A stretch of 64,000 nucleotides of DNA from contig OX597818.1 in the NCBI GenBank assembly GCA_951406725.2, forward strand, positions 24,552,001 through 24,616,000, given 5' to 3'. The notes below the pieces were generated by a model. The model saw only the letters and a program-made list of their open reading frames with translations. It searched no databases and had not been told where the DNA came from. The DNA comes from Octopus vulgaris (Eukaryota). The first letter of the stretch is position 1, and each line of letters starts with the position of its first letter. The position numbers and the translations under genes were made by a program. Below, piece after piece: positions 51,801 to 62,300 of the stretch.

Positions 51801-52178
51801 TTCCTGAGTCTTTCTGAAGAGATCCTTATGCAAATCCAAATGCTTTTTATGAAAGAAGCCTACAGAATAATTTACAGCACCTTGATGTTCTGGAGGTTGA
51901 TAGGCAAATAGGTAATGAGCATCTATGTCACCTATTTGGTGAAGCAGCACCAGAGATATGTCATTGGTTAACTGTTTAAAAGCATCACTAAAATTTGAGA
52001 CAAAACCCCAGTAAGGTTTTCGGAGCTTCACTGCCCATAGCAATGTCTCTTCATAGTCTGTGAGTGATATGAGGGAAGAAATTGTTCGTTTGCTGAAAAT
52101 TAGTGGTCTGGTAGAACAGGGCATCACATAGAAACTCCATTGTAGGCAGATCAGTATGATGCCAGTCACTAGTGGCAT
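10689..52178 (-). CDS. PCSK7: Proprotein convertase subtilisin/kexin type 7 (PC7)-like, spliced gene with 16 coding exons, 805 aa
   Basis: Manual join(52178-51675,40338-40242,39410-39309,37587-37492,36863-36773,36289-36235,31038-30900,22308-22208,21584-21417,20135-20031,19611-19512,17608-17452,16419-16325,14467-14374,12769-12655,11087-10689) = 2418 nt, open frame, all GT-AG. S8 kexin motifs [43 protein letters not shown]7-type features: [27 protein letters not shown] domain followed by TM with no Cys-rich furin repeats. Confidence 0.93.
12655..12769 (-). CDS. PCSK7: PCSK7 coding exon 15 (juxtamembrane, ...PISERVLK)
   Basis: AG/GTAAG boundaries, 115 nt, phase-consistent. Confidence 0.82.
12985..13210 (+). 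mobile_element. tRNA-derived SINE (TGTGTCCTTGAGCAAGACACTT core family)
   Basis: B-box-like GAGTTTGATTC; related copies near 39640-39905(-) and 31970-32100(-). Confidence 0.6.
13290..13870 (-). mobile_element. Highly degenerate LINE RT fragment
   Basis: ORF 13306..13674 retains ISEAFD...H..LLAKL and HSYADD. Confidence 0.6.
14374..14467 (-). CDS. PCSK7: PCSK7 coding exon 14 ([24 protein letters not shown])
   Basis: CAG/GTAAGT boundaries, 94 nt; W.L.LYG marks the end of the P domain. Confidence 0.9.
14577..14780 (-). mobile_element. tRNA-derived SINE (GCCTTTCATCC...AAGTACCAG family)
   Basis: Same family as the copies at 14135-14320, 25820-27962, 30160-30582 and 54402-54610. Confidence 0.75.
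16325..16419 (-). CDS. PCSK7: PCSK7 coding exon 13 (P domain: [23 protein letters not shown])
   Basis: AG/GTAAG boundaries, 95 nt; matches ORF 16281..16520. Confidence 0.92.
17452..17608 (-). CDS. PCSK7: PCSK7 coding exon 12 (P domain: [28 protein letters not shown])
   Basis: AG/GT boundaries, 157 nt. Confidence 0.92.
19512..19611 (-). CDS. PCSK7: PCSK7 coding exon 11 ([12 protein letters not shown]...)
   Basis: AG/GT boundaries, 100 nt, phase fits both neighbours. Confidence 0.85.
20031..20135 (-). CDS. PCSK7: PCSK7 coding exon 10 ([29 protein letters not shown])
   Basis: AG/GTATG boundaries, 105 nt. Confidence 0.92.
20308..21021 (+). mobile_element. RTE-type 3' UTR fragment, divergent subfamily, carrying the minisatellite
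   Basis: ggcacgtaaaaagcacc, ggaagggcatccagccgtagaaac and cgttaaacg(atg)n tail; 5' boundary uncertain. Confidence 0.7.
20318..20466. repeat. 29-bp GC-rich minisatellite, ~5 units (ccctcccaccaccaataccggtgaacccg)
   Basis: Direct tandem repeats seen in sequence. Confidence 0.92.
21417..21584 (-). CDS. PCSK7: PCSK7 coding exon 9 (VTTDW...[13 protein letters not shown]...LTWRDVQH, catalytic Ser)
   Basis: AG/GT boundaries, 168 nt; matches ORF 21390..21617. Confidence 0.94.
22208..22308 (-). CDS. PCSK7: PCSK7 coding exon 8 ([26 protein letters not shown])
   Basis: AG/GTAAGT boundaries, 101 nt. Confidence 0.92.
22480..23947 (+). mobile_element. Tc1-like DNA transposon with ~160-bp TIRs, pseudogenised transposase
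   Basis: ORFs 22858..23253 ([27 protein letters not shown]) and 23443..23625 ([23 protein letters not shown]); GGGSVMVWG in between; inverted ends 22480-22640 and 23790-23947 ending ...CACTG. Confidence 0.9.
24042..24955 (+). mobile_element. RTE LINE 3' fragment (same subfamily as 2981-6389)
   Basis: ORF 24053..24454 nearly identical to 5420-5821; same 3' UTR. Confidence 0.93.
25820..27962 (-). mobile_element. Tandem stack of co-oriented tRNA-derived SINEs separated by (AAT)n, with nested elements
   Basis: Copies at ~25820-25990, 25997-26210, 27137-27332, 27352-27510, 27521-27735 and 27751-27962; A/B boxes on the minus strand (GCTGGCAGAATCG; GAGTTCAAATTCC). Confidence 0.85.
26304..26627 (+). 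mobile_element. Solo LTR (324 bp)
   Basis: Termini TGTTGTA...TACAACA; 5-bp TSD ATTAT/GTTAT; TATAAATA near 26360. Confidence 0.72.
28575..29908 (-). mobile_element. L1/Tx1-clade LINE 3' fragment
   Basis: ORFs 29713..29946 ([18 protein letters not shown]) and 28976..29689 (LPVQDKL, CPRC...ETILYAL.QC zf-RVT knuckle with His->Tyr); GGLG motif; AATAAA near the 3' end. Confidence 0.87.
30160..30582 (-). mobile_element. Two more tandem SINE copies of the GCCTTTCATCC family
   Basis: Same sequence as the 25997-26210 copy, separated by (AAT)n. Confidence 0.8.
30900..31038 (-). CDS. PCSK7: PCSK7 coding exon 7 ([17 protein letters not shown]...[17 protein letters not shown], oxyanion Asn)
   Basis: AG/GTGAGT boundaries, 139 nt; matches ORF 30844..31032. 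Confidence 0.94.
32100..33262 (+). mobile_element. Old degenerate RTE LINE fragment
   Basis: Residual similarity to 3800-4700 (gaaatgctaaaaatatctgg, tacttagcatttgttgacttg). Confidence 0.6.
33341..33596. repeat. Perfect 104-bp inverted repeat with 48-bp spacer
   Basis: 33341-33444 is the exact reverse complement of 33493-33596; mirror ORFs appear on both strands. Confidence 0.95.
34358..34403 (-). ncRNA. Minimal type I hammerhead-ribozyme-like motif (degenerate)
   Basis: GACAC CTGATGA A GGCTG-loop-CAGCC GAAAC AAT GTGTT; stems I and II intact, stem III/cleavage triplet mutated. Confidence 0.6.
34476..34548 (-). promoter_or_regulatory. tRNA-derived segment with Pol III A/B boxes
   Basis: ~73 nt; A-box TGGCATAGTGG, degenerate B-box GAGTTTGATTC; cloverleaf not intact. 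Confidence 0.6.
35110..36064 (-). mobile_element. Old degenerate mariner-like element
   Basis: Imperfect TIRs tattaggttagccaagaagtc / gactttttggccaaatcagcata; no intact ORF. Confidence 0.5.
36235..36289 (-). CDS. PCSK7: PCSK7 coding exon 6 ([18 protein letters not shown])
   Basis: AG/GTAAG boundaries, 55 nt. Confidence 0.92.
36400..36710 (-). mobile_element. Full-length tRNA-derived SINE in the PCSK7 intron between exons 5 and 6
   Basis: Head GGAGGTGCAATGGCCCGGTGGTTAGGGCAGCAGACT...GGTTTCGATTCCC (A and B boxes); body shared with 2101-2285. Confidence 0.85.
36773..36863 (-). CDS. PCSK7: PCSK7 coding exon 5 ([30 protein letters not shown])
   Basis: AG/GT boundaries, 91 nt; matches ORF 36604..36861. 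Confidence 0.93.
37492..37587 (-). CDS. PCSK7: PCSK7 coding exon 4 ([31 protein letters not shown], catalytic His)
   Basis: AG/GT boundaries, 96 nt. Confidence 0.93.
39309..39410 (-). CDS. PCSK7: PCSK7 coding exon 3 ([29 protein letters not shown])
   Basis: AG/GT boundaries, 102 nt, kexin motif S.D.NDNDPDP.P. Confidence 0.92.
40242..40338 (-). CDS. PCSK7: PCSK7 coding exon 2 ([33 protein letters not shown], catalytic Asp)
   Basis: AG/GT boundaries, 97 nt, motif VVDDG. Confidence 0.92.
42132..44105 (+). mobile_element. hAT DNA transposon, 3'-truncated transposase pseudogene
   Basis: BED finger (STVWNFF...AQCNKC...), [30 protein letters not shown]; frameshifts between ORFs 42609, 43338 and 43883; candidate left TIR CAGGGTGATGGG. 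Confidence 0.88.
47212..47997. mobile_element. Palindromic (fold-back) MITE, head-to-head dimer of the 50652-51082 family
   Basis: ~380-bp inverted arms; termini GGATCTT...AAGATCC; 8-bp TSD CAATAATG/CAATAATA. Confidence 0.9.
48575..48681 (+). ncRNA. Type I hammerhead-ribozyme-like motif in the Penelope 3' region
   Basis: TAGAC CTGAAGA t TGACAA...TTGTCA t GAAAC ACGC GTA GTCTA; stem I TAGAC/GTCTA, predicted cleavage after GUA at 48676. Confidence 0.6.
48858..49192 (-). mobile_element. RTE 3' UTR fragment, further subfamily
   Basis: ggaagggcatccagctgtagaaac motif, ggcacgtaaaa repeats, (GAT)n tail. Confidence 0.82.
49930..50222 (-). mobile_element. tRNA-derived SINE with an alternative tail, joined to a partial second SINE unit
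   Basis: Head and core as in the GCCTTTCATCC family; tail ...GCCCCTTGTGGGTAGTAAAGAAATAG; followed by a repeat of the B-box region. Confidence 0.8.
50652..51082. mobile_element. MITE, 431 bp, GG termini and 8-bp TSD (Merlin-like by structure)
   Basis: TIR GGATCTTTTCGGTTTGAATGGCAGTTTTT / AAAAACTGCCGTTCAAACTGAAAAGATCC; perfect TSD ATATATTC. Confidence 0.88.
51675..52178 (-). CDS. PCSK7: PCSK7 coding exon 1 (signal peptide, prodomain, RKRHKR cleavage site, FPNQWHL)
   Basis: ORF 51552..52178; ATG lies 1 nt after a poly-T/AG acceptor; donor GTAAGT at 51674; 504 nt, phase 0. Confidence 0.9.
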
Positions 52179-54401
52179 GCTAAAAAAAAAAAAAAAAATT
52201 TAATGTATCATGATATTTAAAAAATTTTTTTTTTTTCAGGGTAAGAAGCAAAAAGAAGAACATGAAATAGAATTATCCAAAGAGAACTTTTTAGAATAGT
52301 TGTGAATATTTATATGCTATTGAGTTGAATAAATACTCCTGGTGATCCTTGGAACTTTTATTTATAAGTTAGTGAGGTGAGAGGCCTTATGTCCATGAGA
52401 TTAGGACAGTTGACACTCAGCTTAAACATATGCAGAGTGTAGCGTGTAGCCATTTTCAAATAGTACTGCCAATTTGTGGAAGATGGCAATATGACATAAT
52501 GTCGTATTGCCGAAGAAATATGACTGACATTTTCCCATTGGTTGAAATAACTGCTCAGATAGGAATTCTAAAAATTAGTTAAAGAATATTTTTATGTGAT
52601 TTCAATTCTTTAAAGTCGAGTTGAGCAGTTATAAAAACCCTGGATTTTGGGGAAAACTTTAGTGTTTGTGGGATGTTACTAAACTCCGCAACACTCACTC
52701 CTTTGAGACATTGGTTATTTTTTATGCCATATCTATGAAAAATCCAACAATACTTATTTGAATTGTTGAGATTTATAAAGTTAATATGAAGAATTAGTGT
52801 AAATTTCAAGTCGTAATTCTCTACGACAAAATTACTTTACTTCAAATTGTATTATAAATATCAAAAATGCTAAATGTACATAAATAAAATAATGTAGTAA
52901 TTATTTTCTCTTTCTTCACGTTCTTCAACTTATTAATGAAATGTATTTCTGTAATTATAAAACTGTATTTTTTTTATAGCGGTTAAAAGAACACGAAATT
53001 ATTTATATTCAACATACATGCATGCATAAAATGTCTGTTAGCGTTTCAGAAAATATATTTCTCGTTATGGTGTTTATGTAGCTGGAGTCAGGATTTACGT
53101 ATAATGATAACATTTATAAGCAAGTTATAAGTGAAGGGTTTATCAATATATATCCCTGCTTCAAAAGTAAAATATATTTATCCATTTCCAAATAGGAAAC
53201 ATATAAAAGTAGTGTTACACTAACAGCAACCATAAAAACCCCGCTATAAAAGCAATATTTGCAGGAAAAGTGTGGGTAAAAAGCGAATTCTAGAATGTTA
53301 CAGTTCTGGGCAGAAAGGATTGAGTAAAGTATTTCATGAGATTTAGGAGATTAAATAACAAAAATAGTAGTATGAGGATTGAAGGATGAATTGGGTGAGC
53401 CTGTGTGGAGAGAGTATTCAAATAATTATTATTTCAAGAGAGCAGAGGCCAATGTAGAAATGGCAAAAGAAGTAAAGAGTAGAAATTTCAGTTCTGTCAG
53501 CTAATAGTTGAAGCATGTTAGTAGTGAATAATTTCCAATCAGATGGTAAACTTTCTTTTGGATGTAATTTAAAATGTCAGTAACTGCAATGTGAGTATTT
53601 CTTGAGCTTTGCAGATAGTCATCATCCAATCAGAGTTGAAGTATTTTCTAACTCAGAAGAAGAATTCTGGACTTTATGATACAGTTTAGGCAATGTTACA
53701 TATGTGGAACCAACATGAGGGTCAGAAAACATGAGGTATATATTTGTAGCAATTGTGAAAGTTTTAGCTTTATGTTGCTTAAAGAGAGTGAATATATGAC
53801 TGTTTCTTTGATATTAATTATTGTTAATAATGTTAAAAGAGACTAGACAGTCGTGTTACAACTAAAGAATACTCTCAAGGTCACTGTTTGTGGAAGCAAT
53901 GTATGTCAAGCATTTTGCGCTTACAATGTTGTTTTCTTTTGTTATTCTAAGCAGGCACGAAGCTTCAAAATGATTTCATCAATCTTAGCAACTATTCTCA
54001 ATTGGTGGATGAATTGAAATAAATTAGATTGCTAGTTGAATGAATTAGACTACTAACTCTAGAATTCATATCTCCTGCTATTATTTTGCTGTCTCTCTTT
54101 TGCATGACACCATTTCATATTGGAACATAACAGACATGTATCCCTTATTGGAAAGTTTGTATATCAGATGTATTCAGTTTGATCTGTATGCTAACATTTA
54201 TGAATTTAGGTCAAATTTATAGGTATAAAATTATAATTTCCCGATGATGATGATGAGTTCTAAAAGATATTAGTGATATAGGTCAAAGGATATCTCTTCA
54301 TCCAAGAAGTAAAACTAGAGCATCAATTGAGATTTTCCAGAATGATAACAATGAGCAAGGCATTGAGATATTCAAATATTCTAAGTTTAGTAGTAATATT
54401 G

Positions 54402-54610
54402 ATTTCAAATTTTGGTACAAGGCCAGCAATTTTGGGGAGAGGGGATAAGTCAATAGCATCAACCCCAGTGTTCAACTGGTACTTATTTTATTGACCCTGA
54501 AAGAATGAAAGGCAAAATCAACCTTGGCAAAATTAGAACTCAGAACAAAGAGATGGACAAAAGGCTGTTAAGCATTTTGTTTCATATGCTATGATTCTCC
54601 AGCTCACCAC
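54402..54610 (-). mobile_element. SINE of the GCCTTTCATCC family
   Basis: Homologous to 27751-27962. Confidence 0.78.
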
Positions 54611-55091
54611 ATTAAGATAAGAGGTAATATTAGAAGCAGTAGTAATAATAATAGTAGCAGCACTAGCAACAACAGCCTTGTATCACTGCCAGCTGCCGCT
54701 TGTGAGATACATTAGCAACAACAATACTAGTGAATGTAATAGAAGCAGTTGTCTTCTGGACATACACAACCTCAATTGTAATAAAACTAACATATTCAGC
54801 AAAAGGCTTGCCCAGAATGTTATAGTTTCCAACATACCAAATTGCACTGCTGTAATTTTTAACTGATTAGTACTGACGCACTATCACTAGGTAAAGAATT
54901 TTAGTTATGATCTTAATATAACTATAGCTTATTCTCAAACATTCTCTACCTTTTTCTCATAAACAAACAGCTTCTCACACACCAAATGCAATGATGAAGA
55001 AACCAGAGAATTATACACAATACATATTCCTTGAACAGAAATTTAAATCTCTAGAGTTTAAATTGTAGAATGGTTATTTAGACTTTATAGA

Positions 55092-56351
55092 TTGGGTTAT
55101 CCCATAAATAATGCATTCTTTTAATACTTCTTTTATTTTTCAAAATTAAGATAAACAAATTTCTTTTTTAATCTAAAATATATTCTCTTTCATTTTCTAC
55201 AATGCTCTTCCATCTACCTCATAGACTTGCAAGGCTCCTCTTCCAAAATTCACTTATCCATGACGAAAAATATCCTCCAGTACTGTTCTGACCTTGTCTA
55301 CAGAATTCATATTTTTTCTGTCCAAATGATTTTGAAGACTGCAGAATAAATGATAATCAGATGGAGCAATGTCCAGTGAATATGGTGGGTGGGGCATCAT
55401 TTCCCATTCAAACTACTCCAGCCTTTGGAATGTCACCTTCACTGTATGTGGCTGAGCATTATCCTGATGGAAGAACACCTTTTGTCTTGAAAACAAAGAT
55501 GGTTGTTTTTCTTCTAACACTGACTGAAGTGACTCAAGCTGCTTGCAGTAGATTTTTGTTGTTGTTTGGTTTGGGTTTAAAAGTTCAAAGTGGACTAAAT
55601 TTTTCATATCCCACCAAACAGATAACACTTTACGCAGGTGAAGACCTTCTTTAGCCTGGGGTGCCAGTGTTTCTCCTTTCCCTACCCACTGTCTTCGGTG
55701 TTTGACATTTTTATAGAGAACCCATTTCTTATCACCTGCCACTATTTAGTCCAAAAAAGATTCATTCATGAGATGTGACAGCAAAAAAGAGGACACATTC
55801 ACTCTTGGCATGCGATTAGACTCGGAAAGTTTGTGAGGAATACATTGACCCAATTTACTGACTTCTCCAATGAATGGTTGAATGACCAAATCCAAGCTTT
55901 TCTGCTAGTTCCTTAACAGTTATGATGGGATTTTGTTCCACCAGGGTTTGAAAACGTATTCCTTGAGCTCTACCGATCTTCCAGAATGAGGTTGGTCTTC
56001 TAGGCTGTAGTTTCCAGTTCAGAATTTCTGGAACCACCACTGACACTGACTTACGTTTATTGTCTGATCCCCATATACTGCATTAACATTTCTCACACTT
56101 TCCATTGCATTGTTGCCTTTATTGAACTCATAAAGCAAAATATGCCAAATATGCAACTTTGTCACTTCCATTATAGCTTTGAAAAAATAACTGTTAAAAT
56201 TGAACTGCACTCTTCAAAACTTGTACTAAGAATAAGGACAAAGTAAAATTACTACCTGCTTTTATAGCAAGTTGATGCAGGTAGTTCCTGTCCCCCTCTG
56301 ACTTTTAGTTCATGAAATTGAAAAAACTGCATTATTTATGGGATAACCCAA
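55092..56351 (-). mobile_element. Full-length mariner transposon, pseudogenised transposase
   Basis: TIRs TTGGGTTATCCCATAAATAATGC at both ends, TA at the right flank; ORF fragments with HILLYEF, GDKKWVLY, HQDNAQPH and PYSLDIAPSDYHLF. Confidence 0.92.
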
Positions 56352-59300
56352 TACTTTCAAAAATTAATAATTTTAAGCATATCTCTTATTTAGTGGCATT
56401 AAGTTGTTTGTTAAACAAAAAACTCTGAAAATTGATATGAAACAGATTAAGATAATGATATAACAATTTCTAAATAAACAATCATTAAAATAAGCACAGG
56501 CATAGATATATAGTTAAGTAGTTTGCTTCACAAGTACATGGCTCTTGGTTCAATCCTAGTGTGCAGCATCTGAGTAAATGTCTTCAATTATATCTTTGAA
56601 TTGAACAATATCTTGTCAATGGAATTTGCTATATGAAAAATGTGCAGAAGCCTATTTTATATACTATGTGTGGATGGGAGGGTTTCTGTGTTTATATTTT
56701 CATTTTTCTAAAAAATAGTATTGTTTATATTGCATCCTTTTACATTCTGTGACTTGGTAAAACCTATATCAGCAATGAAAGTGAACATTAAACGATGATG
56801 ATGATGATGATGATGACTTAGTGGTTCAACAAACAAAAGGCAATAAGTACCAAACTGATATAAGTACTACAATTGATATGATTGACTGGAAGGTAGTACA
56901 CCAACATGACCACAGATCAATGACTGAAACCAATAAAAAACAAAACTATCCAATTTGATAATGAATAAATTATACAACCAATAGTTTATTTTTGAATAAG
57001 CAATATTTTTGATACATGGTTTTAAGTTAATAGAAAAATAGAGTTGATTGAATCAACTCCAATTCTTGTCTGGTAGCTATTTTACCAACCCTGGAACAGT
57101 AAATAACAACGTTATCTCGTGCAGGATTTGAATGCAGAACGTAAAGGAAGTAAATGCAGTATAGCATTTTGACTTACACTCAATTATCCATGCTTCTTTA
57201 TTGCTCTTTGAACAGATAATTAATAGACTACTCTAAAGAACTTTTAGAATTTATACTTTGAATGTTTCATACTAAAAAAACTGTAGACAATATTGTGTCA
57301 GGTCACATATAAATTTCAGATATACTAGAAGATAACATTAAGATTATGATTGTCATTATAAGAGTACAATAAATAAGTGTACTCAGATTTCAATTGATGA
57401 AAAATATTAACTATCATCAACAGCTTGAACTGACAGGCACTATTACGTTTTAGCCAACACTTATGTACAAACAGATATATTTGTTTTCACATAGGATTTA
57501 TTGATGAACACAAAATGAGGGACTAGCTGGATTTAATCTTGTGTTGGGTTTCCATTAGTAACCAAGTACTCTCTTTAAATGTTAATAAAGACTACTTATA
57601 ATCCCACTATAATTAAAAGATTAAGTAGAGCAGATAGACCAATTCACATAAATAATACATTCATGGCAGTTAATTCAATCAATTAATTAATGAGGTAGTA
57701 ACAGTGTTTTACTATACTATACTGTATTATAGAATATACCAATAGACTTTAGCAGACACTGTATATATAGAAAGATGTTAACATCTTGTATCTAAATACA
57801 ATATCGGATCTAGTTTTTTTCATTCACAAAATATGCATTTTTGAAAAGGAAGTAAAAAATCTGAAAATCAGCTATAATAATGTAGCCTTCCAGTCTCACT
57901 GCTTTGAAGGTATGATGTTGTGGAGAAAAAGTTACAGAGGTTTGGAAATCGAAAAAACTGAGTATTTTTAACCATTAGTGAGACAGAAATTTTCTGCGTT
58001 TAGCAGAATGGTGTCAACTTTAATGTTGTACCCTGCAAAATTTATAGTTTAGTTTAGTTGTAGGTTTCTAAATAAACAGAGATACCTAATAAAATCAACA
58101 TGTATCATCTTATTGTTTCTTTTGTCTCTTCACTGATTGTATTTTTTAATTATTTTTTTAATTACTTGAATTAATATATTTGTCTGCACATGTTTACTTT
58201 ATGCGTATTTCAGTATTATGTATACCTGTCATGTATTTGTGTACATCATTAATATATAAGTGCATGTATGTGTGTGTGTGAAAAGGGGCGTCTGTCTCCA
58301 AAACTCCAAAGTTGAGTAACATTTTCGTGCTTGGATTTGTAAACTATGCTAAGAATAACACTGGTCAACAAAGAATTTGTTCCGAGGAAAATACCTGTAT
58401 CGTATAAGTTTTTGCATGCAAACTTCAAAAATAACGTTAAATTATCTGTATCACCCACAGTTTCTCTTCTCCACAATATCTTCCCTCTCAGTTTCTGTTA
58501 CATGGGCTAAATTTCAGCTAAGCTGTTGAAATGTGAAGCTAACAGTTTAAGAAATACTCAGTAAATTTAGGGCATAACTACAGATATGTGACCTGCCAAA
58601 TTTGTCTCCACATAAGTTTCTGAAAAAATGGATACTTATTAATGAAAGTTTCTACATATACCTTTCAGATAATGTACAATATGATTATATTGGAATTTGT
58701 GGTGAAAAACTTTTGGGGAGAAGTGCTTTGGATAATTCACATGTCTCAATTTTGCTTCCTCATAACTTACAGAAAAATGGGTACTTTTTAGTGAATTTTC
58801 ATCAAATAACCTTCGGGTGGTTTACATTAGGATTGTATAAAAAAATTCTAATATGGTAGGAGGGATGGATATTTCATGAATCTTGACTTAGTTTCCTCAT
58901 CATTTTAACAATTTAACAACAATTATGTTGAAAAAAAGTTACTTCTGAGACCCATGTGATCCTTGCTATTTCTAACATACTAAATGACCACATAAGAATG
59001 GACTACCTTTGAGTTTGTATAAAGAAAAGAGATTAAGATTGCAATAAAATAATGAAAGATATACATATATATATTCAATAACTAGTGTTAGTACTGTATT
59101 TCTCCTTGTACAAAGATTTCTTTCAGAGAATTTCCAGGAAATGGCAGAATAGTCCTAAAAGTAATTTTCTTCAACATAATTGTAATAAAATCATCAAAAT
59201 GTATGAAGAAAACAAACTCAAGATGCATGAAATATCCCTCTCCTCATTTTGTTTTTATTCAACATTAAATTCCAATATAATCTACACCATTTGAAAGATA

Positions 59301-62300
59301 TTTATAGAAAATGAGTGGAAATTTTATTGGTGAGTGTGTTAAATTATAAGGCATTAAAAGAGAATGACTCTCCCAAGACACAACATAAAAATACCAGTTT
59401 TCCTGAAAAGTTACGAGACAAAATTGGTAGGTAAAGGGGTACACTTTTGTAATTATGTTCAGTTGATGTAAGTAAATTAAAACCAGTTTTTTATTCAGTT
59501 TTCTATTTCTCCAACAATACCCTAGATTAAAGTAGCATCACAAATATTTCGGTAACCATTATATTTCCAGAAGTATAAACAGATACTAAACAACCCTGAA
59601 GTTAATTTTAAATGTTGTACTGAATAAGATTTGTGACTGGAGTGGGCACTTGAAATATTCAATAAAAAACATCTTCAAAACTGCATTTTGATAAAAACAC
59701 ATTAAAACTGGAATTTATAAGAATTTTCCAAACAATCTAACCTTTAATAACTGCTTTTTTTTTTTCACTAAAAGTTACATAATTCCAATTAATAAGCAGC
59801 TTTCTCCATTACAGTATAGAAATATTGAAACACAGAACACAGTAATCATTAAGATAAACCTTGTAATCATTAAGATAAGTTTACTTGTAGTCAAATAAAA
59901 TTAGATGCATATATTCAACTGAAGAATCTTTTGATCCCTAAGAGAGATTGTGCCAATGTTACCTATAACAAAAATGGTTTTGAATATCGACCAATAAAGC
60001 CAAACAATGATCCTTCAATATGCAGTTTTCCAATAATTCATTCAACATAATTGAGGTAACTTAAAACTAAAGTTTTCACATAAGTTGTTTCCTTTCATAT
60101 AAGTCCCCAATTCAATAAGTTTTACATGTTAAAGCTAGTTTTGTCTTAATTTTGTGATAGTTATATAAATAATTGTAGTAGTTATATTCAAAGCCCTGGG
60201 CTTAAAAATAATTTAAGTGTGTGTGAGTTATTTAAAAATGACATCTTAGTTTCACTATCATCATCAGTGTTATTTTAACCAAAGACAAGTAGCCTGTAAG
60301 TCATTTTTGGTTATTTAAAAAGAAGCAAAACTGCTACCATTCTCTTACTCTCTTTTAGCTATCACTAGCAGCTTATGGGTAAGTTGTGTCCTTTCACACT
60401 CATGTCAGCTGTTAACTCTTCTACTTTGACATTGTCCAGAGAGAATAACATCTGACCATTTAAAAAAAATTTTCTATTTGTTTCTGTCCATTATCTGTTT
60501 GTAAACATTTTGACTTTACAAACACAAACTTATGCATATACATTATTACAAACACTTTTACTAAAACTCTGCCTTTATTGATATGATAAATTAAAACTGG
60601 CTATGTTCCATAGTGAATTATATATGCTTTCAAATCTGCACTCAGAAATAACATGCTTATTGAAACATTCAACCAACAAGAATAAAAGAGACTTATTCTC
60701 TGTTAGCATGTTAGAAACAAAAGGAAAATATATATTTTAAGCATTTAAGGATATATCATTGCTGTTATCTCTACAAACACTCCTTTTGATTTCCTATAAG
60801 TATTTGAACTACAGTTCCGAGTTTTAATAATTAGGTCAATATGTTAACAAATGAGGAATCATTATCATTATTAGCTTAATATTTTCTTTTCATGCCAGCA
60901 TGGCTTAAACAGGTTTCTCAGATATGATCTAATTATCACTTACCTAATACTCATTTTTCCTATCTTTACCATGTGAACACCTCATCTGCCACAACAAAAT
61001 ATTGGTAGATTTATCACTTCAAACATAATCTTGATTTATATTATCTGTCCATATGAACACCATTAACTCTTAGGTATAGATTAACCAATTCTTCAGTGAC
61101 TAGCCACTTTATCAACACACACATAGTTAATTTATATGTTAACAGTTCATATTCAACAGATTTTGTTCAACTCATTTGTTTCTTGTCACTGTAGGTCATC
61201 AGCATGCCTACTTGTATTTCACAGTTATATATTATTATGCTTGCTATCCAGCAGAAGACGTGTCTCATAAAGCATGTCTTTGTGTGTGAATAAATAGACA
61301 TAGGCTGAGAGTTTATTTCTAAAAGAAGCAGTAGTTAAAATGTTAAACCAAAGGGTTGGATTAACAAAATAAAACACCCATCATTTAAAAGCGGAATGGC
61401 TTGGTTATACTGCAAATACTATAATACAAGGGTTAACATTTTTTCAGTCCTTTGATAGAAATGAAACAACTAATAATCTACCAACATAAACAGTGAAATA
61501 ATAACCATCTGGTTTGTGGGTTATGATAATCCTCCAACTGATTTTACCTATGCTATAGGTAAACTTAATCAAACATAAATTTTATTTTGTGTTGGTGGAG
61601 GAAAACTATTTATTTGAAGTAAATAATACCATATAATTAGAGCAATTCAGAGACAAGCAATTTAGTTGAGAAATAGAAATTAAGAAATCTGTACTGTTTA
61701 AAATTAAATTTAAATGTCATAGTGGAACTCAGATGAAAGGTGTAAGTGAAGGAAAGCACTCAGTTCACACTAAGAAGTGGTGAATAATAGAAAGAGTCAC
61801 TAACAACAAAACCATAAACAGAACACACATACAATACTGAAGATGCCTGTTTCTCTGATACTGTTTATGCCAGATAACAACAATTGCAGACAAATAAAAA
61901 GATGTGCCAAGATCTCTTCTACCCATGCCAGCATGGGAAAATGGATGTAAAATGATGATGAGTATGAAAGATAAGAATATGGAATTCTAAAAGCACTATT
62001 AGAAGATAAAGATGATACAACAATAGGAAACTAAAATTTTCAAATTCACATAAATAATGTCGGAAGGTAGTTCACAATGGTAACAGCATTTTAAAAATTA
62101 TTCCATCAATATTCTTAAATGAAAACATTTGAAATACTTTTAGACATTATTTTTGTATAAAGGAATGGTACAATATGGTGGTGAAAGCTACTCAAAATCA
62201 AGAAAAGGCATGAAAGCTCTAATCAGGACAACATTTGGCTCCACTTATGAAATGATACAGGAACATGATGAATAAAAGGATGCATTATTACAGAACCATA

